DNA from: Candidatus Hydrogenedentota bacterium | GTDB taxonomy: Bacteria; Hydrogenedentota; Hydrogenedentia; Hydrogenedentales; JAEUWI01 | Assembly (NCBI GenBank): GCA_034669905.1 | Contig: JAXMOL010000004.1 | Coordinates: 141,277 to 205,276 of the forward strand | Direction: 5' to 3' | DNA: 64,000 nt | Shown here: positions 21,195 through 30,463 of the stretch, piece by piece | Numbering within the stretch: position 1 is the stretch's first letter | Layout of the letters: each line of letters begins with the position of its first letter | The notes under the pieces: generated by a model | What the model was told of the DNA's origin: nothing | Seen by the model: only the letters and a program-made list of their open reading frames with translations | The model's database searches: none | Program-made: the position numbers and the translations under genes

Positions 21195-22121
21195 ATGCAC
21201 GTGTTTGATGATGTTACCACCTGTACCTGTTCGCTTCCCAAGCTGGTGCTCACCATTGGCAGCTTTGACGGTATGCACCGGGGTCATCAGTATATCCTGA
21301 AGACCGTTATCGAGGCGGCCAGGGCCCAGGGCGGCAGCGCCGGCCTGATGAGTCTATGGCCCCACCCACGCACCTATTTGCAGCCCGACGCCGCGCCCGA
21401 ACTACTCACCACGCCGGAAGAGAAACGGCAACTCCTGGAAGAAATCGGACTCGATGCGTACTTCGTCTTGCCCTTCAACAAGACCATCGCCGAAATGGAT
21501 CGGGAAGCCTTTCTCCGGGAGATCGTGATTGGCAAGTGCCGGGCCCGGACCCTGGTCGTTGGCCACGATTTCTCCTTTGGCGCCGGGGCGCGGGGAGACT
21601 TCGCCTATCTGCAGGGTGCCGCCGCACCATTGGGGCTGGAAGTAACCCAACTCCCACCTCTCGAAGAGGGGAAAGAGCGCATCAGCAGTACCCTCATACG
21701 TGCAGAAGTCAACGCCGGGAGAATGGAGCGGGTACACCAGCTTCTGGGGCGACCCTATTGCCTCACAGGTCCAGTTATTCAGGGGCGTGGTCTGGGCAAA
21801 GGCCTGGGATTCCCGACTGCCAACGTGGCCCCGCCCGAAAATATGTTACCGGCTTTCGGTATTTACGCCGCCCGGGTCTACTGGGACGATTCCGAAGCGC
21901 TTGGTGCTGTAAATATTGGTTTGGCACCAACCTTGACCCATGCGAGTCCAATGATAGAAGTTCATCTATTGGATCACGACGTATCGCTGGTCGACAAGAC
22001 CCTTCGGGTGGCGTTGTACCATCGCCTTCGGGGGGAAAAGAAGTTCCCCGATATCCCTTCGTTGAAAGAGGCCATCAAAAAGGATATAGTTGAAATCCGA
22101 CGCTATTTTGATAGCGCCTGA
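21195..22121 (+). CDS. ribF: bifunctional riboflavin kinase/FAD synthetase
   Basis: IGSFDGMHRGHQ, VGHDFSFG, ISSTLIR, LGFPTAN, EVHLLD, LRGEKKF. Confidence 0.96.
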   Translation: MHVFDDVTTCTCSLPKLVLTIGSFDGMHRGHQYILKTVIEAARAQGGSAGLMSLWPHPRTYLQPDAAPELLTTPEEKRQLLEEIGLDAYFVLPFNKTIAEMDREAFLREIVIGKCRARTLVVGHDFSFGAGARGDFAYLQGAAAPLGLEVTQLPPLEEGKERISSTLIRAEVNAGRMERVHQLLGRPYCLTGPVIQGRGLGKGLGFPTANVAPPENMLPAFGIYAARVYWDDSEALGAVNIGLAPTLTHASPMIEVHLLDHDVSLVDKTLRVALYHRLRGEKKFPDIPSLKEAIKKDIVEIRRYFDSA

Positions 22122-22190
22122 CGAGATTGCGGCAAATTGTAGTGATCACAAGCGGCCTCCTGTGCCATTGCAGTGTGAAGCCCTTCTAGA

Positions 22191-22218
22191 GGAACTTCCG
22201 TGGGCTTTCGGGGTTTAA
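22191..22218 (+). promoter_or_regulatory. candidate ECF-sigma promoter
   Basis: GGAAC-N17-GTT (GGAACTT...GTTTAA) upstream of the exporter operon. Confidence 0.35.
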
Positions 22219-22313
22219 TGGAATTCATGCCAACCGCATGACAGTAATCCCCGAACGTTTGGATAGCGGCCATGTGTCCCCTCCAGACATCACTTCGTAG
22301 AAATTGTGTGTGT

Positions 22314-24197
22314 ATGAGTAGTTTTCTGAGAAATACCCCTTCTTCGATTGTATCTCGGCCGAGAGCCCTTGCCCGTCAGGCTGGCCCCGTCGGACTGGTG
22401 GGATGCACCATCGTTGTGCTGCTTTCATCCTGCACCACCACCCACTATAAAGCCAGTGCGGACCGTGAAGTGTATGAGATCATCGACGAGAAGTCGGATG
22501 CCGTCGTGGGGATGACCGAAGATTTCAGCATCGATACCCCCGAGGAAGTCGACCTGCTTGAAGGGCTGCCCCGTATGGTAGTCGATGAACCCGCACTCGG
22601 CGAATCCGAGATTGTGGGGGCGGAGGCCGCCCGCCTTTCGCTGGAAGATGCCCTTCGCCTGGCGGTGACCAACAGCCGAACGTACCAGAATCGAAAAGAG
22701 AATCTTTATCTGGCGGCCCTCTCGCTCACCCTCGATCGACACCGCTACACGCCTGTTTTTTCTGCCGGTGCCTCCGCAGATTATGGCCGTAGCACGACCG
22801 ATGTAACTGTACCTACCGATCTGAGTGGAGCCCTGGCGGCAGGCGGGGTCGTCATCGACGAGCTGGAAGCGCTGACCGGCACAACGGCCGACTTGCTCAA
22901 TGCCTACGCGGCAGTTGTGGAGAATGCGGGCGACGTGGCGGGGCTGACGGGAACCCAAACCGAAATTGTGAGCGATCGCTCGGTGGCGGGCACCACGCAG
23001 GTTGGCGTGGACTGGCTCTTTGAAGGCGGGGGACGAATCGCCCTGAATCTCACCTCCAATTTCCTGCGCTATCTGGCGGGCGACACGGGCACCTTCAGTT
23101 CGTCCCTGTTGTCCGGTTCGCTCACCCAACCGTTGCTCCGTGGCGCAGGTTCCAAAGTGGCGGCGGAACGGCTGACCCAGGCCGAGCGGGATGTATTGTA
23201 TTCCCTGCGCGATTTCAGCCGTTTTCGGAAGCAGTTTGCCGTTCAGGTCTGTGCCTCCTATTATGGCGTGTTGCAAGACCTCGACGCCGTGCGCAACAAC
23301 TGGAACAGCTATCAGAATTTCAAGCGTAACGCCGAGCGCGAAAGTGATTTCGCAGAGGAAGGACGCAGCACCCTGGCGAGTGTCGGTCGACAGGAGGCGG
23401 CCGTGTTGAGCGCCGAGAATCGCTGGATCAATTCCGTGCGCAGCTATCAGGAAGGCCTCGATGAGTTCAAAATACTCCTGGGCCTTTCCACGGCGACGGC
23501 CGTCGTGTTAGACAATGGTGAGCTCGATTCCCTGCGTGAGGAGGGACTCAAACATCCCTCTATCCCGATGGAAGATGCGGTCGAAGTCGCCTTCAATGCC
23601 CGACTGGATCTCTATACCGTCCGCGATGAATTGGAGGATGCGGGGCGCATTGTGGATGTGGCGGCCAACTCCTTGCTTCCCGATGTGGATCTGGTGGCAG
23701 GGGCTTCGGTGCGCACCGCGGGTGAGGACAACGCGCAGCAGCTGGATTTCCGCCGGACGAATTGGAATGCGGGGCTGGATGTGGACTTACCCCTGGACCG
23801 AAAGGCAGAGCGCAATGCGTATCGCCGGGCCCTCATCGCCTATGAGCGCGCCCAGCGCGATCTGTCTCTCGCGGAGGATTCCATTTCACTGGATGTCCGT
23901 AGTGCGTGGCGTAATCTGGAGTCTGCACGGCGAAACTATCTGATTGCGCAGAAAAGTGTAGAATTGAATTTACGACGGGTTGAAGAGCAGGAACTGCTGG
24001 CCGAATTGGGCCGGGGCTCTGCGCTTGACCAGGTCGATGCCCAAAACAACCTTACCGAATCCCAAAACGGACTGACCGCTTCGCTTATCAGTCATACCCT
24101 GGCCCGCCTCCAATTCTGGCTCGATATGGGTATCCTGTATATCAAAGAAGACGGCCAATGGGAGGAGATTTCAAATGACTTCCAACGTGAATCCTGA
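22314..24197 (+). CDS. TolC family outer-membrane efflux lipoprotein
   Basis: Lipobox-like LLSSC, LSLEDALRLA, LTQPLLRGAG, two OEP-like helical repeats; start uncertain (22272 or 22314). Confidence 0.85.
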   Translation: MSSFLRNTPSSIVSRPRALARQAGPVGLVGCTIVVLLSSCTTTHYKASADREVYEIIDEKSDAVVGMTEDFSIDTPEEVDLLEGLPRMVVDEPALGESEIVGAEAARLSLEDALRLAVTNSRTYQNRKENLYLAALSLTLDRHRYTPVFSAGASADYGRSTTDVTVPTDLSGALAAGGVVIDELEALTGTTADLLNAYAAVVENAGDVAGLTGTQTEIVSDRSVAGTTQVGVDWLFEGGGRIALNLTSNFLRYLAGDTGTFSSSLLSGSLTQPLLRGAGSKVAAERLTQAERDVLYSLRDFSRFRKQFAVQVCASYYGVLQDLDAVRNNWNSYQNFKRNAERESDFAEEGRSTLASVGRQEAAVLSAENRWINSVRSYQEGLDEFKILLGLSTATAVVLDNGELDSLREEGLKHPSIPMEDAVEVAFNARLDLYTVRDELEDAGRIVDVAANSLLPDVDLVAGASVRTAGEDNAQQLDFRRTNWNAGLDVDLPLDRKAERNAYRRALIAYERAQRDLSLAEDSISLDVRSAWRNLESARRNYLIAQKSVELNLRRVEEQELLAELGRGSALDQVDAQNNLTESQNGLTASLISHTLARLQFWLDMGILYIKEDGQWEEISNDFQRES

Positions 24198-25971
24198 ATC
24201 AGCGCTAACTGGCAAGAAGAAATCGAAGCGCGGACGCTACCTGATTGTTGTGGCGGTGCTGGTCGTACTTGTCGGCTACTTCGTCTTTGGTACCGACGAT
24301 TCGGAGCAGGTGAGCCGGGGCACCACCGTGCAAGCGACCCGGGGCACCCTGGAAATCACCGTGGTAGAGGGGGGCAGCGTGGAGGCCAAGGAGTCCCAGG
24401 AGCTGAAAAGCGAAGTTCAGGGCCAGACGAAAATCCTTTCGATCGTGGAGGAAGGATATACCGTTACAGCGCAGGACGTGGCCGAGGGGAAGCTGCTGGT
24501 TGAATTGGATTCAAAGGAGCTCATTGACCGACTTACGGAGCAGGAGCTTCAGTATCAGAATGCCCTGGCGAGTTTTACCGAAGCCCGTGAAGAACACGGC
24601 ATTCAAATTAACCAGAATCAGAGTGACGTCAAGGCGGCCGAACTTGAAAGCAAGTTCGCCCTGATGGATTTAAAAAAGTTTCTGGGGGAAGATGTAGCGG
24701 CAGAAATCGCGGCCAAAGTCGATGAGAACTTCTACGCCAATCAGCCACTCCCGGCTGCCGGTAGTGAGCGGGAGGACTTGCCGGACGATGAGGGAGCAGA
24801 TGCGCAGGCGGTGACGCGCGACCCGGAGACGGGACGTATCCACATGGAAAGTGCCAGTGCCCAGGATGTGGAGATAGACTTCAGCAAGTATGTCAACCGT
24901 GAAAATCTTGGGGACGGAGAGGCCCGCCAAAAGCTCCTGAAGCTGGACAGCGATGTGGATCTGGCGCAGGAGGATGTGGGGCTGGCAGAGTCCAAGCTGG
25001 AAGGCACCCGTCGTCTGTATCAGAAAGACTTCGTAACAAAGATTGAGCTCGAGAACGACGAGTTGGCGCTGAAGCGAAAGGCTATCAACAAGGAATCGGC
25101 CGAGACCGATATCGACCTCTATGTGAAGTATGAGTTTCCCAAGCAGGCCGAAAAATTGCTCTCCGATTACGAGGAGTCTCTCCGCAAACTGCAGCGGGCC
25201 CGGAAGCTTGCCGTATCCAAGATGGCCCAGGCCGAGGCCAAGTTGAATTCGGCGGAGGCCCGCTTTGAACTGCAGAGCCGTAAGCGGGAAGAATTAAAAG
25301 AGCAGATTGAGAAGTGCGAGATCCGCGCCACCAAGCCCGGCCTGGTCGTTTACGGGGAAGGCAATCGCAGCTACTACCGTAACAATGACCGCATCGAAGA
25401 AGGCGCCTCCGTCCGCGAACGTCAGGTCATCATTACCATACCGGACACCACCCAGATGACCGTGGATGTAAAGGTCCACGAATCCTATGTAAAACGGGTC
25501 GAGAAGGGCCAACGTGCCCGGGTCCGCGTAGATGCTTTCCCGGATATCGTGCTCGAAGGTGAAGTCTTCAAGATTGGGGTCCTTCCCGATTCACAGAACC
25601 GCTGGATGAACCCGGACCTGAAAGTCTATTCCACGACGATCCTGATCGAAGGACAGCATGATTGGCTGAAGCCCGGCATGAGTGCGGAAGGGGAGATTAT
25701 TATTGAAACCCTGGACGACGTGGTGATGGTGCCTCTCCAGGCGGTGAACCAGGAGAAAGGGGAGACCGTCGTCTATCTGGCCGATCGCGGCATGGAACGG
25801 CGTGTTGTGGAGACTGGTTCCTTTAACACGAGTTTCATCGAGATCAAGTCCGGCCTCGAAGGCGGCGAAACCGTCGCACTTCGAGCGCCCACCTCTTCGG
25901 AACGCGGCAAAGATGACGACGCTGAAGATGAGACCGAACCGGAAGAGACGATAGGGGACGAAGCCGCCTGA
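24175..25971 (+). CDS. MacA/HlyD family periplasmic adaptor with very long coiled coil
   Basis: N-terminal TM, lipoyl halves (IVEEGYTV...; IRATKPGLVVY), LKPGMSA, VPLQAV, EIKSGL. Confidence 0.88.
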   Translation: MTSNVNPESALTGKKKSKRGRYLIVVAVLVVLVGYFVFGTDDSEQVSRGTTVQATRGTLEITVVEGGSVEAKESQELKSEVQGQTKILSIVEEGYTVTAQDVAEGKLLVELDSKELIDRLTEQELQYQNALASFTEAREEHGIQINQNQSDVKAAELESKFALMDLKKFLGEDVAAEIAAKVDENFYANQPLPAAGSEREDLPDDEGADAQAVTRDPETGRIHMESASAQDVEIDFSKYVNRENLGDGEARQKLLKLDSDVDLAQEDVGLAESKLEGTRRLYQKDFVTKIELENDELALKRKAINKESAETDIDLYVKYEFPKQAEKLLSDYEESLRKLQRARKLAVSKMAQAEAKLNSAEARFELQSRKREELKEQIEKCEIRATKPGLVVYGEGNRSYYRNNDRIEEGASVRERQVIITIPDTTQMTVDVKVHESYVKRVEKGQRARVRVDAFPDIVLEGEVFKIGVLPDSQNRWMNPDLKVYSTTILIEGQHDWLKPGMSAEGEIIIETLDDVVMVPLQAVNQEKGETVVYLADRGMERRVVETGSFNTSFIEIKSGLEGGETVALRAPTSSERGKDDDAEDETEPEETIGDEAA

Positions 25972-26669
25972 TGTCTGTTGCCGTCGCCAGTATTGTTCGC
26001 CTCGATCACGTGAAGAAAACCTACCAGATGGGTTCGGAAACCCTGGATGCCCTGGGTGGTGTGAATCTCGATATCCTGGAAGGAGAGTATGTCGCCATCA
26101 TGGGGCCATCGGGCTGTGGTAAGTCCACCATGCTCAATATCCTCGGTTGTCTTGACCGTCCCTCGTCCGGCCACTATATTCTCGGCGACGTGGATGTTTC
26201 CCGTATGGAGGATGACGATCTATCGGATATCCGAGGCAGCAAGCTCGGATTTATTTTCCAGTCCTATAACCTCATCCAACAACTCACGGTTATCGAAAAC
26301 ATTGAAGTTCCCCTGTATTACCAGGGCATTGACGCCGAAGTAAGCCGTGAAATTGCCGTGGAAATGGCGACCAAAGTGGGCCTCGGTCATCGCCTGGACC
26401 ACAAGCCTTTTGAGCTTTCCGGTGGTCAACAACAACGCGTGGGCATTGCCCGTGCGCTCGTGAATGACCCCATCGTCTTATTGGCGGATGAGCCCACCGG
26501 CAACCTGGATTCCCGCTCCGGGGCAGAAATTCTGGATCTCTTCGACGAGCTCCACGGACAGGGAAAAACAATTATCATGGTGACCCACGACGATGAGATC
26601 GGCGAGCACTCCCAGCGGGTCGTCCGCCTCCGTGATGGGATGATAGAGTCGGATATTCGCAATGGATAA
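25971..26669 (+). CDS. ABC transporter ATP-binding protein (LolD/MacB-type)
   Basis: GPSGCGKS, LSGGQQQRV, LADEPTGNLD, VTHD. Confidence 0.95.
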   Translation: MSVAVASIVRLDHVKKTYQMGSETLDALGGVNLDILEGEYVAIMGPSGCGKSTMLNILGCLDRPSSGHYILGDVDVSRMEDDDLSDIRGSKLGFIFQSYNLIQQLTVIENIEVPLYYQGIDAEVSREIAVEMATKVGLGHRLDHKPFELSGGQQQRVGIARALVNDPIVLLADEPTGNLDSRSGAEILDLFDELHGQGKTIIMVTHDDEIGEHSQRVVRLRDGMIESDIRNG

Positions 26670-27969
26670 GCGTCTCCTCGCCGCACAAAACACCAGTCCC
26701 TTCGCACCGGCCCGCTTAAAGCGCACCATTATCCTGGGCTTCAAGAGCCTCTGGCTCCATCGCCTGCGTTCGCTCTTGACGGTGTTGGGTATCGTTTTCG
26801 GCGTATGCTCCGTGATCGCCATGCTGGCCGTGGGGGAAGGGGCCAGCTTCGAGGCGCAGGAACAGATTCGCCGTCTTGGCAGCAACAATATCATCCTGCG
26901 GAGCGTCAAGCCGCCGGATTCAGACAGCAATTCGGCCGAGCAAACCTATGTCATCGAATATGGTCTGGTCTACGACGATCTCGAACGCATTCGAGAAACT
27001 ATTCCGGGCGTGACCGTCGTGGTGCCCAACCGCATTATGCGCAAACGGCTATGGAACGCCACCCACCGGGCCGACGCCGATATCGTGGGCACGGTGCCCT
27101 GGTTTCCCGAGATGAAAAAGCTCAACATGGCGGAAGGGCGCTTCTTTTCGGAGTTGGAGAGCCACGAAAAACGCAATGTCTGCGTGCTGAGCGCTTCGCT
27201 GGTAACGACTCTCTTTCCCATAGACCATCCCATTGGCCGAAAATTGCGCGTTGGAAGCGACTACTACGAGGTCGTAGGGATTATCGATGTAGAATCCGGC
27301 CGCCCGGGCTCGTCGGATGAAGGGAGCAACCTGGACCGCATCTACATTCCGCTTACGACCGCGCGCGCACGCTTCGGAGAAGTGCTTCGAAAACGCAGTA
27401 GTGGCAGCTTCGAGAATGAAAAAGTTCAGCTCCACGAAGCCATCGTGCAGGTAAAAAATCAGGACGAAGTGGAAGAAATTGCCCTCATCATCGAGGAGAT
27501 ACTCAGTCGTTACCACAAGAAACGGGATTTTGAAATTGAAGTGCCGTTGGAATTGCTCCGGTCTGCAGAAGAGACGGCGCGCACCTTCAATATTCTGTTG
27601 GGCTCCATCGCAGCCATTTCCCTGCTGGTAGGCGGCATCGGCATCATGAATATTATGCTTGCCAGCGTCACGGAGCGCACCCGGGAAATTGGTATCCGCC
27701 GCGCTCTCGGTGCCAAGCACCGCGATATCATTACCCAATTCCTGATTGAGACGGTGTTGCTCTCGGCCACCGGCGGTGCACTCGGTGTGGTGGTGGGCGT
27801 GCTCATCCCGATTGCCATCGGGCGCTTTACGGATATGATGACCATCGTCACCCCGGAAGGCCCCATCCTCGCCTTCACCATCTCGGGCATCGTGGGTATC
27901 ATCTTTGGAATCTACCCGGCCATTCGCGCCGCCAATATGGATCCGGTGGAAGCCCTGCGCCACGAGTAG
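26662..27969 (+). CDS. MacB/FtsX family ABC permease
   Basis: RSLLTVLGIVFG, GGIGIMNIMLASVTERTREIGIRRALGA, PAIRAANMDPVEALRHE. Confidence 0.95.
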   Translation: MDKRLLAAQNTSPFAPARLKRTIILGFKSLWLHRLRSLLTVLGIVFGVCSVIAMLAVGEGASFEAQEQIRRLGSNNIILRSVKPPDSDSNSAEQTYVIEYGLVYDDLERIRETIPGVTVVVPNRIMRKRLWNATHRADADIVGTVPWFPEMKKLNMAEGRFFSELESHEKRNVCVLSASLVTTLFPIDHPIGRKLRVGSDYYEVVGIIDVESGRPGSSDEGSNLDRIYIPLTTARARFGEVLRKRSSGSFENEKVQLHEAIVQVKNQDEVEEIALIIEEILSRYHKKRDFEIEVPLELLRSAEETARTFNILLGSIAAISLLVGGIGIMNIMLASVTERTREIGIRRALGAKHRDIITQFLIETVLLSATGGALGVVVGVLIPIAIGRFTDMMTIVTPEGPILAFTISGIVGIIFGIYPAIRAANMDPVEALRHE

Positions 27970-27979
27970 TTTCGTGCGT

Positions 27980-29443
27980 TCATGGCGCCGTAGCGGGCAC
28001 AGCCTCATCTACCGGGACCTTGGCCATGGTCCAACCTGCCGATGCGAGGCCCATGCCTACGAGGGGGCAGAGCAGATTGAAAAAGCACCAGGGGAGATAG
28101 GCCCACGTACTCACCCCCAGCACGGACGCGGCGAACGCCCCACACGTGTTCCAGGGAACCAGCACCGAAGTCACCGTACCACCATCTTCCAGGGCCCGAG
28201 AGAGGTTCTGTGGCGCAAGCTTCCGGGCGGCGTAAGTCCCCCGAAACATACGCCCGGGGACCACGATGGCCAGGTACTGCTCGGAGGCGGATATATTGAA
28301 AAAAATACAGGTACCAATGGTCGCCGCGATGAGACTTCCTGTACCCCGGACCAGATACAAGATGGCCCGAACAAAGGCCTGCAACATGCCTGTCGCCTCC
28401 ATGACGCCCCCGAAAGTCATCGCCATCAGGATAAGGAAGATGGTGTTCAGCATGCTTCCCATACCCCCCTTAGAAAAGAGATCGTCAATCAGGGGATTAC
28501 CCGTTGCACTCTCGAAGCCGGAAGCTGCCGTGTAGACTATCTGCTGGTATGCGTGGAACAGGGTGCTTCCTTCTGCGGCGAAGAGTAGCTCCCGCTGGAA
28601 CACGATGGCTTCCAATGCACCGAGAAGCATCCCCGCAATGAGGGCAGGAAGCGCGGGGACCCGTCGCAGTATGAGCGCCACGACGATCGCCGGTGCGATC
28701 AGGGTATGGAGTCCAATACTGAAGTGGGATGAAATAGTCTGGAGGGCATCCTGGACCACCTCCTCCTGGTAGTCGGTGCCCTGGTAAAAGAGCCCCACAA
28801 TTCCGAAGCCGAGAAGGGCCAGGCCATAGGCGGGCAACGTGGTATAGAGCAAATGGCGGACGTGGGTGAAGAGTTCCGTGCCGGCCACCGCGGGTGCCAG
28901 ATTGGTCGTGTCGGAAAGCGGCGAAAGTTTGTCCCCGAAATAGGACCCGGAGATTACCGCGCCGGCCACCATAGGCAAGGGGATGCCCAAGGTCTGCCCC
29001 GTAGCGACCAGCGCAACGCCGAGGGTGCCCATGGTCGACCAGCTGCTCCCGATAGAAATAGACACCAACGAGCAGGACAGGCAGGCCACGAGCAAGAATA
29101 CGGCCGGGTTGATAAGCGTAATGCCGTAGTAGATCAGCGTCGGCACGATACCTGCCAGGATCCAGAGTCCAATAAGTCCGCCAACCGTCAGTAGAATCAA
29201 AATGGCCTGCATGGACAACCCGATGGAATGAAGTGCGCCAGCTTCCAGTTTCTTATAGGGCACCTTGAGGTAGTAGCGCCCCAACAGACCGGCGACCATG
29301 GCAGCAAGCAAGAGGGCTATCTGATTGGGCCCGCCGGTGGCGTTGTCCCCGAAAACGGCCACGTTCAGGCCCAGGAGACCAATGAGCGCGACCAGGGGGA
29401 GAATCGAAAGCAAGAATGAAGGGCGTATCGTCTCTTCGTCCAT
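27980..29443 (-). CDS. nhaC: Na+/H+ antiporter NhaC family
   Basis: GSSWST.GT.G, SGSYFGDKLSPLSDTTNLA, LSRALEDGGT, LVPWN; start at MDEET. Confidence 0.92.
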   Translation of the reverse strand: MDEETIRPSFLLSILPLVALIGLLGLNVAVFGDNATGGPNQIALLLAAMVAGLLGRYYLKVPYKKLEAGALHSIGLSMQAILILLTVGGLIGLWILAGIVPTLIYYGITLINPAVFLLVACLSCSLVSISIGSSWSTMGTLGVALVATGQTLGIPLPMVAGAVISGSYFGDKLSPLSDTTNLAPAVAGTELFTHVRHLLYTTLPAYGLALLGFGIVGLFYQGTDYQEEVVQDALQTISSHFSIGLHTLIAPAIVVALILRRVPALPALIAGMLLGALEAIVFQRELLFAAEGSTLFHAYQQIVYTAASGFESATGNPLIDDLFSKGGMGSMLNTIFLILMAMTFGGVMEATGMLQAFVRAILYLVRGTGSLIAATIGTCIFFNISASEQYLAIVVPGRMFRGTYAARKLAPQNLSRALEDGGTVTSVLVPWNTCGAFAASVLGVSTWAYLPWCFFNLLCPLVGMGLASAGWTMAKVPVDEAVPATAP

Positions 29444-29580
29444 ATTAACTCCAGTTCCAGTTAGGGCATGACTATAGTAAGGGACGGACAGGGCCCCATC
29501 AAAACGGCGATCCCGTGCATCCCATCCTGCTCCTCTGCTACCCTCTCTTATCGACCAACACACTGCGGAAAGGTGAATCG

Positions 29581-30435
29581 ATGACACGCGCACTGATACG
29601 GGAGCCCGAGGCCGTCACGGTATTGGGACACGATGGCGTAACGCTGAACGTCTGGGACTACGGGGGAGAGGGGATTCCCCTGCTCCTGTGTCACTGCACG
29701 GGCACCCTGGGCCGCATCTGGGATCCTGTTGTCTCCGCCCTGGGCGATCAGTTTCGTGTCTTGGCACCTGACACCCGGGGCCAGGGCGATTCGGAAGCCC
29801 CCCCAACCCGAGAGGACTATCGCTGGGATTTTTCCGGCAAGGATTTGCTGGCCATCCTGAAACACTTCGACCTGCCATCGGGCGTAGGAGCCGTGGGCCA
29901 TTCTGCGGGTGGTGCCCATGTGGGTTATGCGGCGCTGGCGGCCCCGGATTCTTTCGGACGTATCATGCTCATGGATGCCGTAGTGGCCGATCGCCAGTTT
30001 TTTCAGGGCGATAATCCCCTGGCAGAAAAGGTGCGGCGCCGGCGGAACCAGTTTGATTCACTGGATGCGGCGCGGGCGCGGCTAAGCAGCAAGCCGCCCA
30101 TGGCGCATTGGCACCCCGGGTCCGTGGCGGCCTATCTTGCCCATGCCTTTCTCATCGCACCGGATGGGTCCTGTGCGCTCAAGTGTCCCGGCACACGGGA
30201 AGCCTGGTTTTACGAATTGGGCGGCGCCAGTGACCTCTACGAGGCCCTGGGTGACATCGCCCTCCCAACGGCCCTGGTGACGGGTGAGCACAGTTATGGA
30301 CAAGCATGGGTCGAAGCCCAGCAGGCACGACTCTCCGACGCCCGTATCGATGTGGTGCCCGGGGCAGGACACTTCATGCCCCAGGAGAAACCGGATGAAA
30401 CCGCGGCATTGATTGCCGCGTGGTTTGGCCAATAG
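29581..30435 (+). CDS. alpha/beta hydrolase
   Basis: DTRGQGDS, nucleophile elbow GHSAGG, C-terminal GAGHFMPQE. Confidence 0.88.
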   Translation: MTRALIREPEAVTVLGHDGVTLNVWDYGGEGIPLLLCHCTGTLGRIWDPVVSALGDQFRVLAPDTRGQGDSEAPPTREDYRWDFSGKDLLAILKHFDLPSGVGAVGHSAGGAHVGYAALAAPDSFGRIMLMDAVVADRQFFQGDNPLAEKVRRRRNQFDSLDAARARLSSKPPMAHWHPGSVAAYLAHAFLIAPDGSCALKCPGTREAWFYELGGASDLYEALGDIALPTALVTGEHSYGQAWVEAQQARLSDARIDVVPGAGHFMPQEKPDETAALIAAWFGQ

Positions 30436-30463
30436 GTCTGCAGTGCGGTTCCAGGGAGGTGCC

